64,000 bases of DNA from the human T2T-CHM13v2.0 reference genome, Homo sapiens. The DNA is taken from NCBI RefSeq assembly GCF_009914755.1, contig NC_060937.1; one strand, 5' to 3'. Shown piece by piece: positions 17,785-32,050 of the stretch. How positions within the stretch are numbered: position 1 is the stretch's first letter; every line of letters starts with the position of its first letter. A model generated the notes under the pieces. The model searched no databases and was not told the origin of the DNA. It saw only the letters and a program-made list of their open reading frames with translations. Position numbers and translations under genes: made by a program.

Positions 17785-18290
17785 TTTTTAAATAATAGTA
17801 TTTCAATTGACAAATCATAATTGTATTACTTTAATGCAGCACCATGTGATGTTTTGATGTATGTATACAAGACATAATGGTTACATCGGGCCAATTAATA
17901 TATCCATCATATCACTTAACTTTTTTGTGATGATACATTTGAAATTTACTTTCTTAGTTATGTTGACATATATAACGCATTATTATTGACCATTGTCACC
18001 CTGTTGTGCATGGATCTCAAAACTTACTCTTACTGCCTAGCTGAAACTTTGTACCCTTTGATCAGCAGCTCCTCATTCCCTTGCAGCTCCATCTCCTTCT
18101 CACCGCAGCCCCTGATAACCACCATTGTCCTCTCTACTTCAATGAATTAACTGGTTAGGATTCCACATATGCGTGAGATCATGCAGTATTGATCTTTCTG
18201 TGCCTGGCTTATTTCACTTAGCATAATGTCCTCTAGATTCATTCCTGTTATTCCAAATGACAGAATTTCTTTTTTTATTTTTTTTTATTT
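17785..18290 (-). mobile_element. L1MA 3' end
   Basis: aattgacaaatcataattgtat...ctgaaactttgtaccctttg...gattccacatatgcgtgagatcatgcagtatt. Confidence 0.85.
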
Positions 18291-19140
18291 TTTTAATTTT
18301 AATATATAAAGTTGTATTTATTCAATGGACTCTGCAGTTGTAGAAAGAAACTCACAACTTAAATCTACCATCCCAGTTTGGGGCCAGCATTCTATTATAC
18401 ATCCTAGTACTCTATTACATTGTTTCATCTGAAAGGTATTATCCTGCCTTAATTTCCAATTCAAACACTCCATTCCTAATTCTAGAGTTTGCTCAAAGGT
18501 CATATTCTTTACAAAGACTATAAAACTCACATTTTCTCTCTTTTTTGACATCTGATAACACTTTCTAACTAATTATTATTATTATTACTAATCAATGCCT
18601 AAGGTAATTAATCTTTGGCTGCCTCAAGTGTGAGCTCCTCCAGGACATGACCTATTTTTTTCTTCCTCTTTTATCCCTAGTGCTTAATTCCACGTCCCAT
18701 GCATTCTAGGTCTTAAAGCTTTTATGCTTAATAAATATTAAATTAATGAGCTGGGATTCTGGAAATCTAAATATGGAGTAAAAATCAACTCTAATTGTGT
18801 AGGATTGAAACAAAACTATATAAATTAGTTTATCTTATTTTCTGTGTATATGTTGAAGGTTACATGTACATTTTCAAAAGTAGATACTGATTTAAAAGGT
18901 GAGATCATAAATATAGATGTGAAAAATCATCTTTATATGTAAAAACAATAATTTTATTTTAGGTTTCAGCTTCTTTGGCAGTTCATTATGGTCTTCAGAA
19001 TAAAATGCCAACTTGTAAGCATGGTGGTGTCTTGATGTGGCGTCTCCTATTTCTCTGCTTTCACGGTTTGTCTTTTCCCTATGATGCTCCTTTCACTTTG
19101 AATGTTCTTACACAGGGAATTCTTTTTTTGACTTTTTTGA

Positions 19141-19645
19141 AATTTATTTTATTTTATTTTATTTTATTATTATTATACTTTAAGTTTTAGGGTACATGTG
19201 CACAATGTGCAGGTTAGTTACATATGTATACATGTGCCATGCTGGTGTGCTGTACCCATTAACTCATCATTTAGCATTAGGTATATCTCCTAAAGCTATC
19301 CCTCCCCCCTCCCCCCACCCCACAACAGTCCCCAGAGTGTGATGTTCTCCTTCCTGTATCCATGTGTTCTCATTGTTCAATTCCCACCTATGAGTGAGAA
19401 TATGCGGTGTTTGGTTTTTTGTTCTTGCGATAGTTTACTGAGAATGATGATTTCCAATTTCATCCACGTCCCTACCAAGGACATGAACTCATCATTTTTT
19501 ATGGCTGCATAGTATTCCATGGTGTATATGTGCCACATTTTCTTAATCCAGTCTATCATTGTTGGACATTTGGGTTGGTTCCAAGTCTTTGCTATTGTGA
19601 ATAGTGCTGCAATAAACATACGTGTGCATGTGTCTTTATAGCAGC
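19141..19645 (-). mobile_element. Young L1PA (L1PA3-like) 3' ~0.5 kb, in the sense orientation of NALCN
   Basis: ORF 19377..19619(-) is an intact ORF2p C-terminus (...QKTKHRIFSLIGGN*); G-rich 3'UTR; (TAAAA)n tail. Confidence 0.95.
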
Positions 19646-19879
19646 AAAAAAAGTCATAGTTTAGAGGCTACAAAAGGAAACAGAAAAGTTTAAAAATTTT
19701 CAAATCAATTAACATTTTCTGTTTTATTTTGAGTTTGGATATTTCTTGAGTCTCTAAGAGTAAAACTACATTTATGTCTGGGCTAATAGTAACGGTAAAA
19801 TGGTGCTGACAGTTTTTCTGCTTATGTGTGGGGCTTTAAAATGCAGTAATATTGAACTGAAATTTTTTTTTAAAAATAA

Positions 19880-20181
19880 GGCTGGACATGGTGGCTCAGG
19901 CCTTTAATCCCAGCACTTTGGGAGGCTGAGGCAGGCAGATCTCTTGAGGTCAGGAGTTCGAGACCAGCCTGGCCAACATGATGAAGCCCTGTCTCTGCTA
20001 AAAATACAAAAATTACCCGGGTGTGGTGGCACACGCCTGTAGTCCCAGCTACTTGGGGGGCTGAAGCAGGAGAATCTCTTGAACCTGGGAGATGGATGTT
20101 TCAGTAAGCTGAGATCATGCCACTGCACTCCAGCCTGGGTGTCAGAGTGAGAGTCTGTCTCAAAAAAACAACAACAAAAAA
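19880..20181 (+). mobile_element. AluS
   Basis: Dimeric Alu with A-rich tail. Confidence 0.93.
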
Positions 20182-20321
20182 GATATTATTGATAGATTCT
20201 TGAAATGAATTATCAAAGCTATAACAGTTGTGATTATGAGCAACATTACTACCATGTGGCTAGTTAAGCATTTTCTTCTTAAATAGTAAACAAAGAGTCA
20301 CATAAAAAGAAGACAAAATAA

Positions 20322-20322
<1 letters not shown>

Positions 20323-20354
<32 letters not shown>
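20323..20354. repeat. (TG)n microsatellite
   Basis: Direct reading, ~16 units. Confidence 0.95.
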
Positions 20355-20358
<4 letters not shown>

Positions 20359-21899
20359 CTACTAGGCAGGTTTTACACATATGGGAAAGAGAAAAATGCA
20401 GCCATTTCACCATAATGGCTATGTCTCAGGTAACTAAGCATTCTGTCAACATTTATGAAATTTTTCATGGTGAACTTCATTTTTAGGATAAAGTAATGAG
20501 CTGGAGCTAATATTTAGATCACAAGGCATGTTTTCATGCATTTTTTCAGTATCATTCTTTTCTTGGTACCAAATACAGCGTGGAACTAGCAAAGAATACT
20601 TACTGAAGCAACTCTAGGGTCATGAGTTCAGAAGACATTCGTGTATCTGTTCTCAATTTCTGCGATCATTTATGTGCCAATATGAGCTTTCGTTTGCCAG
20701 CATAATGCCTGATCTTCTAGCTGCATTTACAAGTTTTATAACTCTCACATTCTGACTTGGTTTTAATAAAACGGTAATTTGAAGCCAGCCTCTGTACCCA
20801 CTGCAGTACTACACAGCTGCTTTCTTATCCAGAAGATTTCCCTGTTCTTCATCTCCATATTGATTGTCTCCAACCCACACAATATCTTTTTCCATTTTCA
20901 TATTCACTCATAGAACAATCTAGGCATATTCTACAGCCTACATACACTAAAAAAATAAATCCAACTACCTACAGATTTTCTTCCATGCATTTGTCTCTTC
21001 CCTCACCCACACAGTCAACTCCCTTACTCACCACTTGCTTCAATTTTCTTACTCCGTATATGAACTAATTCACTGCTTCTTTCTGCTTAAACTTTGTTTT
21101 TCTATTTTTTAGCCATTTCTCCTTTCCTGCTTTTAGCAACTTACTTTTCTCTGTTTCTTTTTTATTTCATCTTCTTTATCAATTTGTCATCATGTTAATA
21201 TTATCTGTCTAAATAGAATATGTTCTCAACCATGCCTTCAATAAATAGTTACTAATTATTTATTCTGTGTTAGGATACTAGGTAGTAAGGATAAAAAGAT
21301 GAATATAACACAATATCCTCTTTACCTTTCTCATACGTGTCCTCAAGGACCTTAGACAAAAATAGAAAAAAAAATAGCTATGGATGTGAGTCCTGGTTGT
21401 GGCAAGATGGACTACACCAAATTCAACTCCTTCCACTACAAACAAATAGATAGCATTAAAAACTCCGCATTTAGGCTCACAATACAAAACCTGCATTCCA
21501 AAATGTCAAAACATAAGAAGGAAAGCAGTAAATGAGTAGGAACAGAAGGAACATGAGTTGACATAGTGTTATGAATGGGAGCTAATGCCTGGGTTTTAAT
21601 GCCCATGTGAGGCGGAAGACCAGGTCTTGAGCCCATGTAAAGCTGAAAGCTGGAAATATGACCCCATGTGTAAAGCCAGATTGTAATTTGAAAGACTTTC
21701 AGAGTGTGATATTGGCAAAGAGGTAGTCCAATAGACCAGTGAAGCACAACAGAGCCCCACAGGAACAGACCCACGTATAGACAGGGAATTAGTGAATGAG
21801 ACAGGTGAAACTAAACTCAGTGGGTAATAGCACACAATAAATAGTGCAGGCACAATTGCTTAACCATATGAAAAATTAGATTTCTACTTCACACTGAGA

Positions 21900-22780
21900 C
21901 ATTTTAAGCAGTTTCAGTGGGTGTAACTGACATAACATAAACTGCACATACGAAAGTGTACAGTTTGATAAGTTTTGGCACATGTACAGAAGCACAGTCA
22001 AGATAATGAACATGTCAATAAACCCCAAAGGTTTCTTGAGGCCCCTTTGTAATCCCTTAATTCCCACCACAACCTTTATCACTAGGCAACTGCTGATTTC
22101 TTTTCTATCATTAAAGATAAGTTTGCATTTTCTAGAATTTTATGTAAATGGAATAATAGAACATGTCCTCTTTTTAAATCTGGCTTTATTCAGTCATCAT
22201 AATTATTTTGAGATTTATCCAAGATGCTGTATACATCAATAGTTCATTATTTATTATTATTAAACAGTATTTATTATATGGATATACCATCATTAGTTTA
22301 TCTATCTGTTGATGGAAATTTGGGTTGTCACCAGTTTGGAGTACTATGAATAAAGTTGCTGTGGGCATTCATGTGTAAATCTTTCTATGGACATACATTT
22401 TTATTTATTTTGGTTAAATACCTGGAGTGGAATAAATGAGATGTGGCAGGTGCCTGTCCAACTTTTTTTCTTTCTTTCATTTTTACTTCTTAGAGACTGG
22501 GTCTCACTCTATCACCCAGGCTGGAGTGCAGTGACGCAATCATAGCTCACTCTAGTCTCAAACTCCTGGGCTCAAGTGATCATCCCACCTCAGTCTCCCA
22601 AAGTGCTGAGATTACAGGTGTGTGCCACTGTACCCAGCTTGATCAACTCTTTTATTTTTATTTTTTTAAAAACTGCCAAACTGTGTTTTGAAGGAGTTGT
22701 AATATTTGCTGTAAAGTTGTGATATTTGTACCATCCTCTATTCCCCCAAAATAGCTTATAGGAGTTAGTTGCTTCTCATT
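21900..22780 (-). mobile_element. Old L1M (MB/ME-like) 3' end interrupted by an Alu monomer (FLAM-like, ~22462-22640, minus)
   Basis: gtttgcattttctagaattttatgtaaatggaata...gatggaaatttgggttg; monomer gagactgggtctcactct...gtgccactgtacccagc. Confidence 0.8.
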
Positions 22781-23339
22781 GTTAATGTTGTATGCCACGC
22801 ACTGATGCAGAGGACAAAATAAATTTGGTAGGCACCACTTGATTCACTTCACCTATTTAAAAAACATACAAAATCTCCAAGGTTTTGACAGTGGAATGAG
22901 AGTTGCTGATTAGAGCATCTGACCAGTTGGTCCACACTCTCTTACTACTGAGTTTCTTCTTCATTTACGCTCTTAGTACTGGGCTTAATTTCATCACCAC
23001 CAGGCTGGGCTCAGGATTGTGCAGCCCATGCTCTAAAACTAAGAATTTGTCATGTGCTCCCTTTTACTGTCAATCCAGGAATGGTCTAAAGTACACGTAA
23101 GTAATTGTGGGAACAAATCAATTGATTAATAAGATAAAAGATGATTAAATAAAATAAATTATTTCAGAGTTACACATTACTTTAGAGTTATGATTACTGA
23201 AAAATTTGAAACGTCATGTTCTTGACCCATCATATACCCTGGCATCCCGAAGCTAATTAGGAAAAAAATTCAAAATTCATGACGATAAAAAGGTCAGCCC
23301 ATCTGAAAGATACAATGACACGTTATGCGCCTAATTAAA

Positions 23340-24985
23340 GTTGAAAATTATAGAAAGCAAAAACTGACAAAAATAAGAGAGATTGAAAATTTCTGTCATG
23401 TCTAGAAAATTGAATAGTACTCTCTCAGCAATTGCTAGAACAACCCTGATTTTAAAAACCAAGAAGGATAGAAATACCCAGAACAAATTATCAGCCAACT
23501 TGACTTTGGTGACATTTATAGATATTATACTCAAAAACTGCAGATTTCACTTTTTTCTTTTCAAATTCTCATGGAATTTTCACCAATTCAGACCATATAC
23601 TGGTCCTTAAAATGATTCCTAATGAATTTCAAAAGGCTGAAATTTCACAGGGACTATTGTCTGACCACAACAGAATAAAATTATGCACCCAAATAACATT
23701 TTTAGAAAATCTCATCCTTCTAAAAATGCACTTCTAAATAACCTACAGGTCAAAGGAGAAATCACATATATTAGAAGATATTTGAATTGAATAATAATAA
23801 AAATACAACATATCAACATTTTGGAAATGCAGCTAAAACAGTGCTTAGAGGCTAAAACAGTGCTTAGAGGAAAATTATATTTTTAAATTATTGTATTAGA
23901 AAAATGTTAAAAGATGTCTATATACCTTCATTTTATGAAAGATGAAAAAGAAAACAAAAACTAAAAAGCAGAAATAAGGAAATAATGAAGATAAAAAATC
24001 AACATGAAAAACAGACTAACAATAGAGAACATTAAATAGGGCAAAGATTCTTGTGTGTGTGTGAAAAGAATAATACAATTGAGAAGACATAAAAAAATGG
24101 AGAGAAAGGTACAAATTATCAATGTCAGGAAAAAATGGCTTATTACCACTATTCTACAGATGTTAAAAAGATAATCAGACATTCAAAAGATAATCAGAGG
24201 GCATTTGTATAAACATTATGCAATATTGACAAATTATAAAAATAGGTAAGCTCTTTGAAAAGCAAAATTTACCAACTTAACAGAACAAGAAAGATAACAA
24301 CTCCATAGCTCTGTAAGTTGAATACATTTAATTTGTAATGAAAAACGTTCTCACAAAGAAAATTTCAGGCCCTGAGTTTTACTCATGAATTCTATCAAAC
24401 ATTTAAGAAAGAAAGAATATGAATCTTATATTAACCCTTGGAAACATGTTCCACTTGTTTTATGAGGACAGCATTACCCGGATTTCAAGACCCGGTAAAG
24501 ATATTTCAATTTAAAAAACCTAAAAATAATGCTCCTTGTGAACAAAGATGCAATAATTTGTAACAAAAACATTAGCAAATCAAATCTTCCAATGTATAAA
24601 GAGGAATACAATATGACCAAATTAGCAATATACCAGAAATGCAAGATTGGTTTCTATTTAAAAAGTCAATCATGTAATTCATTACATTAACTGAACAAAA
24701 CGGAAAAGCACTGGACAAAATTTAGCATACATCAATGATCAAAAACTCTTGGCACTATAGGAATTAAAGGTAACTTCCTCACTTTGAAAACTCTACAGCT
24801 CACATCCCACTTAACGGAAATACTGAGAGCTTCTCCTAAGATACCGATGTCCATTCCAACCACTAAGTTAAGACTACATCTTGACCCGTACCTCATAAGA
24901 AATACACAAATTAATTTGAGGAGGATCATTATTTTCAGGAAGTACCTCATAAGAAATATACAAGTTAATTTGAGAAGGATCATAA
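23340..24985 (+). mobile_element. Old L1M ORF2 fragments
   Basis: tctgaccacaacagaataaaatta (SDH motif), gcagctaaaacagtgcttagagg, ttttatgaggacagcattacc. Confidence 0.8.
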
Positions 24986-25419
24986 TTTTCAGGAAGTAGA
25001 ATAATAAATGCAATAACTTACTCTCTGGATTTAATTCTGACAGAAAAAGGAAATAGTTCCCTCAAGACATATATAATAAATATGTAAAGATTTTTATATT
25101 CACCAAAATCTCAATAAAGTGGTTAAAGTAGAGACATAATTTCAATAATAGGGGAAAATAATAATATGTCCAGAAAATGGTTATCAAAAAGTTATTTTCC
25201 AAGGCTATTTTGAACAATAATAATGAAGATTAGGAGTGGGGTTAGTAGCAACAGTATTTTTCTTTTAAAAATAATTTTGAATAGATTATTCACTCACATC
25301 ATGCAAAAATAAAAGTTATATTAAAAAACAAGAAAAAATGAGATCTTTACTTCAACATAATACTATGGATAATCAAGGAAGGCATGGTATCTGTCCACAC
25401 TTCTGTGAACCTAAGGTAA

Positions 25420-25743
<324 letters not shown>

Positions 25744-27465
25744 CCTCTGGTAAATTTCTAAGTAGGTATGAGATGCATGCCTTCTAAATAAAAATAAAAT
25801 TAATTAAGGCCTTGACTAATAGATTATGCTTTACTGTTTAACATTTAACCAGTGAAATTATACTGATGTTTTGAAGTTACTGAATACATTCATATTTTCC
25901 TAGAAACTTGCACATGCCTCCTGGTCTGAAAACACGTGGAAACAAAATCTCTACCTTTTTGGAGTTGACATTCTTTGGGGTGGTGCAACAGCAAACAACT
26001 AAATTCACTTTTAGTTTTTAGAACATTATATAATTATTAGGAGTTGCATAATATACATATACTGTTTGTGCATGAATTAGAAATTCAATTATTAAATTTA
26101 TTTCTGTGAGAGACTAATAATTAAATGACCATTATAAATGTGAAATAAACTCAGAATTAATTTAGTTACTTTGTCAGTAAAATAACATAGCCATGAGTTA
26201 CTCATAGATGTTTTCCTTTCACACTCTTACAAGTTTAAATTTTGGTCTTCTTTATTGCTCTTTCCTTTTTTTTAACCATGTTATCTCTATTTTGGAGGAT
26301 ACACTTATGCCTACCACCTCAGCATGTAAGCGTGTTTACGTATCTCTTTATGACAACAAAATAATGACAGCTGGCATACAGTGAATGCCTTTACTATGTG
26401 CTGGTTACTTTGCTTGTCTTTACATTCATTCCCTCATTTGCTCTTCCTGATGCCTCTAGAAAGTATGTCCTGTTATTAATCTACTTCATTGAGGAGTAAC
26501 CTAAATAATTTATGCAAACTCATAAAATAAAGTGTTGGAATTGAGCCAAGCTTATCATGATGTCTATACTCACAGAGATATTCACTTATTTGTGGTTTAT
26601 TTACTTTGTATATATACAAGTATATAGACTTTATGAAAAAGAAATCCTCCAACTGCAGAAAACACAACATAACCCTTTCAATGTTTTTAAACTCAATGAT
26701 CCTTATATACCCAATTGGTTTGTAAGTAGATATTGATATATTAAAAATATTTTGAAGATGAATGGCTGCTTGTAATCTCTTTTTGAATTTTACAAAGTGC
26801 TTTAAATCTAATTTCTAAGATTTGAATCAAGATTTTTCAATCGGTAATTTATGGATGAGTTCTTCATTTATAAATAGACAAATTCCTATGTGAAGATTTG
26901 AATATAAGGTATAAAATCAATTGTATTATCCCCAATCCCTGCTGCCCTGAAATCTGGCATAGTCATATCTGTTGCACTTCTGGGTTGTGCTTGGAACCCC
27001 AAACTCTATATCTAGCTAACACCTAATGGGACACTTCTGGACCATCCAGGGGCCAACATCCCACTCTGCTCTCTCCTGCCATCACATCCCTGGAGTTGTA
27101 TATTAACAATGATCAGCCAAGTAGAAGAGGCAGGTGCTCTATTGCATAATACATAATAGGTAATTAAAGTACATACATTCTATCTTACCCACCAACCCTA
27201 CAACAGTCAAATGCAACAGATAATAGTGTTTAGTCTAGAAATGATGTTATAATCATTTAGGAAACTATTTTAGGGAATGATGACAAAAGTAAATAATAAT
27301 AAAAATGAGCTTTTTTTCCCGAACATGTAACTCATTCTAATATGAAAAGCTTCCACAGTGAAGCTCTAGGTTTATGTTATTATGTTAGCACACTCCCCAT
27401 TTTGCCACACTAAGGTTTCTAAATGTACACTTTGCATTTGCTTAATCTACTTTTCCACCAGGTTA

Positions 27466-27761
<296 letters not shown>

Positions 27762-27854
27762 TTAAAAAATCTGACATAGAGGTTATTCTTATGAAAATTA
27801 CAGAGATATCTTTGTTAATCAACTAGATTAAAATGCAGTTAATAGATAAACTTA

Positions 27855-28046
<192 letters not shown>

Positions 28047-28071
28047 TTAACTTATTGTAAAGCAGCGCTCA

Positions 28072-28212
<141 letters not shown>

Positions 28213-29665
28213 CTACAAATTAAAAGATGGGTAAATGAGGTTGGATTTTCCCTTAGCATTGCTTATAGTCATGGAACATACAGATGTTAGCAGCATAAGT
28301 AGGTGCACCTCTACTCTGAATTTAGCCATACATTATTTTCCACCAAAATCCACTTTCTTTTGAGTATATTTTGAAGCTATAGCTATCTTAACAGAAACAA
28401 ATACATAAACTAATAAGAACAACATTAATCTTATTCATTTCCTGTCTCGTTCGTTAAGACAGTTTTTAGTTACAAGAAGTGCCAACTTAGAATATATAGT
28501 AAGTATGCTGTCTTTCTTGTTAATAACGTTCTTTAGTGGAGGCTTTTGAATATCTAGAAAATAAAGTAATAGAGAAAGGGTTAAAATATTAAAAAAGAAT
28601 TGCACTATTTACTAACAGGCAAAATAATAATTTGAAATGTTTGTCAATCACATAATAGTTATTAAATGGAAAAGAACACATTAATGTGAGAAACAATTCA
28701 ACCTGACAAAGCTGATTAAAAAAATATATGAGTGATGAAATTAAATTGTGGGAGAGGTGAACTTTATAAAAATATGAAAGGAAAGCTTATCAACAAACAC
28801 TATGATGAGTTGGCAGAATGGGCTGTGAAGTTTTGAATTCTGAATTTTTAAATAAAGAATAGATGATTGAACTCTAGAGACCTGTACAACATTGTACCTA
28901 CAGTTAACAATAATTTATTGTACAATTAAAATTCATTAAAACAGTAGATTTCATGTTAGGCATTCTTACCACAACCAAATCAAAACAGATCAAATCAAAT
29001 CAATAGAATATAGTAACTTTAGTTGAATTAAAAGGCAAAATCATGTCTGAATGAATGCACAGAAATTAATTCTACTTATTTTCCAATCAAATCTGTCCTG
29101 TAAGTCTTTTTAATGTACGTTCCCCATCACTTATAATAAAGCATTTAATATTTGCAATATAGTATTTTATGTTGGCTAATACCTATCCAAATATGGGGAG
29201 ACTAGACTTTAAATTTTTAAGTTCAATTTTTTATTTACAAATACAGAAATATTGCTCCACATTGTTTCCTTCATTTCAGGGAATATATTTTATATCTGAT
29301 TAACAGCTAATAATTTTCTATAGTATTGATTTTCGTTTCTGATTGAGAAATAATTCACAATCATAACTGACAATAATTAAGATATTACAGCTATTGACTT
29401 TTCTAACAATAAAATGTTTGAGGTGATATAAAATTGCTAATTATGCAGATTTGATCATTACACCTTGTATACATCAAATATCACTCAGTCCCCCATAAAT
29501 ACATACAAGTATTACGTATCAATTAAAATTAATTTTTCAAATTTCAAATATGTCAGAGTAAACAGACTAATCACATCTGTTAAAATAAAAATAAAATAAA
29601 ATGTTGTAGGCAATTACACAATCACATTTGATATATATTTTGTAATATTTCTATTTAGACTTTTA

Positions 29666-29809
<144 letters not shown>

Positions 29810-30269
29810 CTAAAAATAAATTTTACATGGCATTATTAGGCAAAGCAAATATTTTAAAGAACAATCTGTGGAGGAAAATGTCAAATATTATTTCAATAAA
29901 AGCTATCTACAATTTTTGTATCATAATAGAACAGACTTTCACAAGGAATAAGTTTAGCATTTTAAGTAGCATTACTTATAAGAAAAATAATTTATAAAAG
30001 ACAAGCAACTTTGCAGGTAAAATATTTAATTCATGCAAAGGGAAAATATCACTATTTTTTTTTTCTCAGCCACACAAATTCTAACACTTAAAGAACCAGA
30101 AGCCATTGTTCCAAATATGCTATGTAGGTCCTAAGCCAGCTCCCTGCCTACAAGAACCAAGAGTGCACTGTGGTCAACAGGAAGGTCTTTAAAACTGCTA
30201 GGTTTAGCACCGTTAGTAGGAAAACTAACAAGGCATTCACTTCAAGCTGATTAAAAAGTGAAGAAGAAA

Positions 30270-31013
30270 AAAAGCTCATCATCACTGGTCATTAGAGAAA
30301 TGCAAATCAAAACCACAATGAGATACCATCTCACGCCAGTTTAATGGTGATCATTAAAAAGTCAGGAAACAACAGATGCTGGAGAGGATGTAGAGAACTA
30401 GGAACACTTTTACACTGTTGGTGGGAGTGTAAATTAGTTCAACCATTGTGAAAGACAGTGTGGCGATTCCTCAAGGATCTAGAACCAGAAATACCATTTG
30501 ACCTAGCAATCCCATTACTGGATATATACCCAAAGGATTACAAATCATTCTAGTACAAGGACACATGCACACGTATGTTTATTGCAGCACTATTCACAAT
30601 AGCAAAGACTTGGAATCAATCCAAATGCCCATCAATGATAAACTGGTTAAAGAAAATGTGGCCCAATATACTATGGAATACTATGCAGCCATAAAAAAGG
30701 ATGAGTTCATGTTTCTTGAAGGGACATGGATGAAGCTGGAAACCATCACTCTCAGCCAAACTAACACAGGAACAGAAAACCAAACACTGCATGTTCTCAC
30801 TCATAAGTGGGAGTCGAACAATGAGAACATATGGACACAGGGAGGGGAACATCACACACGGGCCTGTCAAGAGGTGGGGGGCTAGGAGAGGGATAGCATT
30901 AGGAGAAACACCTAACGTAGATGACAGGTTGATGGTGCAGCAAACCACCATGGCACGTGTATACCTGTGTAACAAAACTGCACATTCTGCAAATTTTTTA
31001 TAATAATAAAAAA
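30270..31013 (+). mobile_element. 5'-truncated L1PA7-like 3' end
   Basis: ORF2 C-terminal remnant (ORF 30565..30885) and 3'UTR ...gtagatgacaggttgatggtgcagcaaaccaccatggcacg. Confidence 0.95.
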
Positions 31014-31396
31014 AGACCCAACTATCCTAACTATATATGCACTTTACACAGGAACACCCAAATTTATAAAGCAAGTTCTTAGAGATGTTCAAAGAGACTT
31101 ACAGTTCTGCATAATAATATTGGGAGATTTCAACACCTTGACAGTATTAGATCATTAAGGCAAAAACCCCCAAAGATCAAATGCACCTGATAGACATCTA
31201 CAGAACTTTCCACTGTATATATGTGGATGTATATATACACATATATACATTTTTTCTCATTGTCACATAGCACATATTCTAACATCAACACTTAATCAGA
31301 CATAAAACATCTCTCAGAAAATGCAAAATAACTGAAATCAAAACAACCATTCTCTTGGACCACAGTGTAATAAAAATAGAATTCAAGACTAACAAA
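31014..31396 (+). other. Putative 3'-transduced piece of an older L1 endonuclease region
   Basis: ctatcctaactatatatgcac...aagcaagttcttagaga...ggaccacagtgtaataaaa; enclosed by the TSD of the upstream L1. Confidence 0.85.
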
Positions 31397-32011
31397 AAAA
31401 AGTGAAGAAGAAACTTGTCTTAATTTGCAAGGAAAACACATATTGACTTTAATTTTAATTGGGATTGCATATGTAAAAGAAAGATAAAGATGTACCACTT
31501 TCATTTTTTAATAGGGTATCTATTCTGACATTAGAATGCTTTAATAACATGGGAATTTAAAAAATGCCTTTGGAATAATAAAACAGAAAACTTCATGAGG
31601 TTAAAAATTAGAAACTTTAAACAGAAAAGCCTTTGCTTTTTTAGGACTATCCCATTAAATCATGAATTCTGTAATCATCCATGTAAGTCAATTCTGAATT
31701 CAGTCACATATATCATTACCTCCTCTGATTAAACCTGCTAGGGAAATGAAAATAGAAATAAAATGTCAAGATTTCAAATCAAATGATAAAACATGTTGCA
31801 GGATATTGACATAAGCCTCTACCTTTAGTAACAAATAAGTATCCAAATATCTCCTTGAGAGGTTTCTGGAAATAGTTTATGGTGTATGCAAAACTAACAC
31901 TATGATAAAACACTTAATGGAAGTTATTTGACCCAAAAATGAAGTATAAACTCAACTTAATGAACACTGGGTAAGTGCCTGTTTTACATTAGAGGATATA
32001 TAATGCCTAGC

Positions 32012-32013
<2 letters not shown>

Positions 32014-32050
<37 letters not shown>
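32014..32050. repeat. (CA)n microsatellite
   Basis: Direct reading, ~18 units. Confidence 0.95.

Noticed and set aside
26625-26675. Additional minus-strand acceptor gttgtgttttctgcag| in intron 6
   Set aside because: No matching donor or nearby poly(A) feature singled it out from background cryptic sites.
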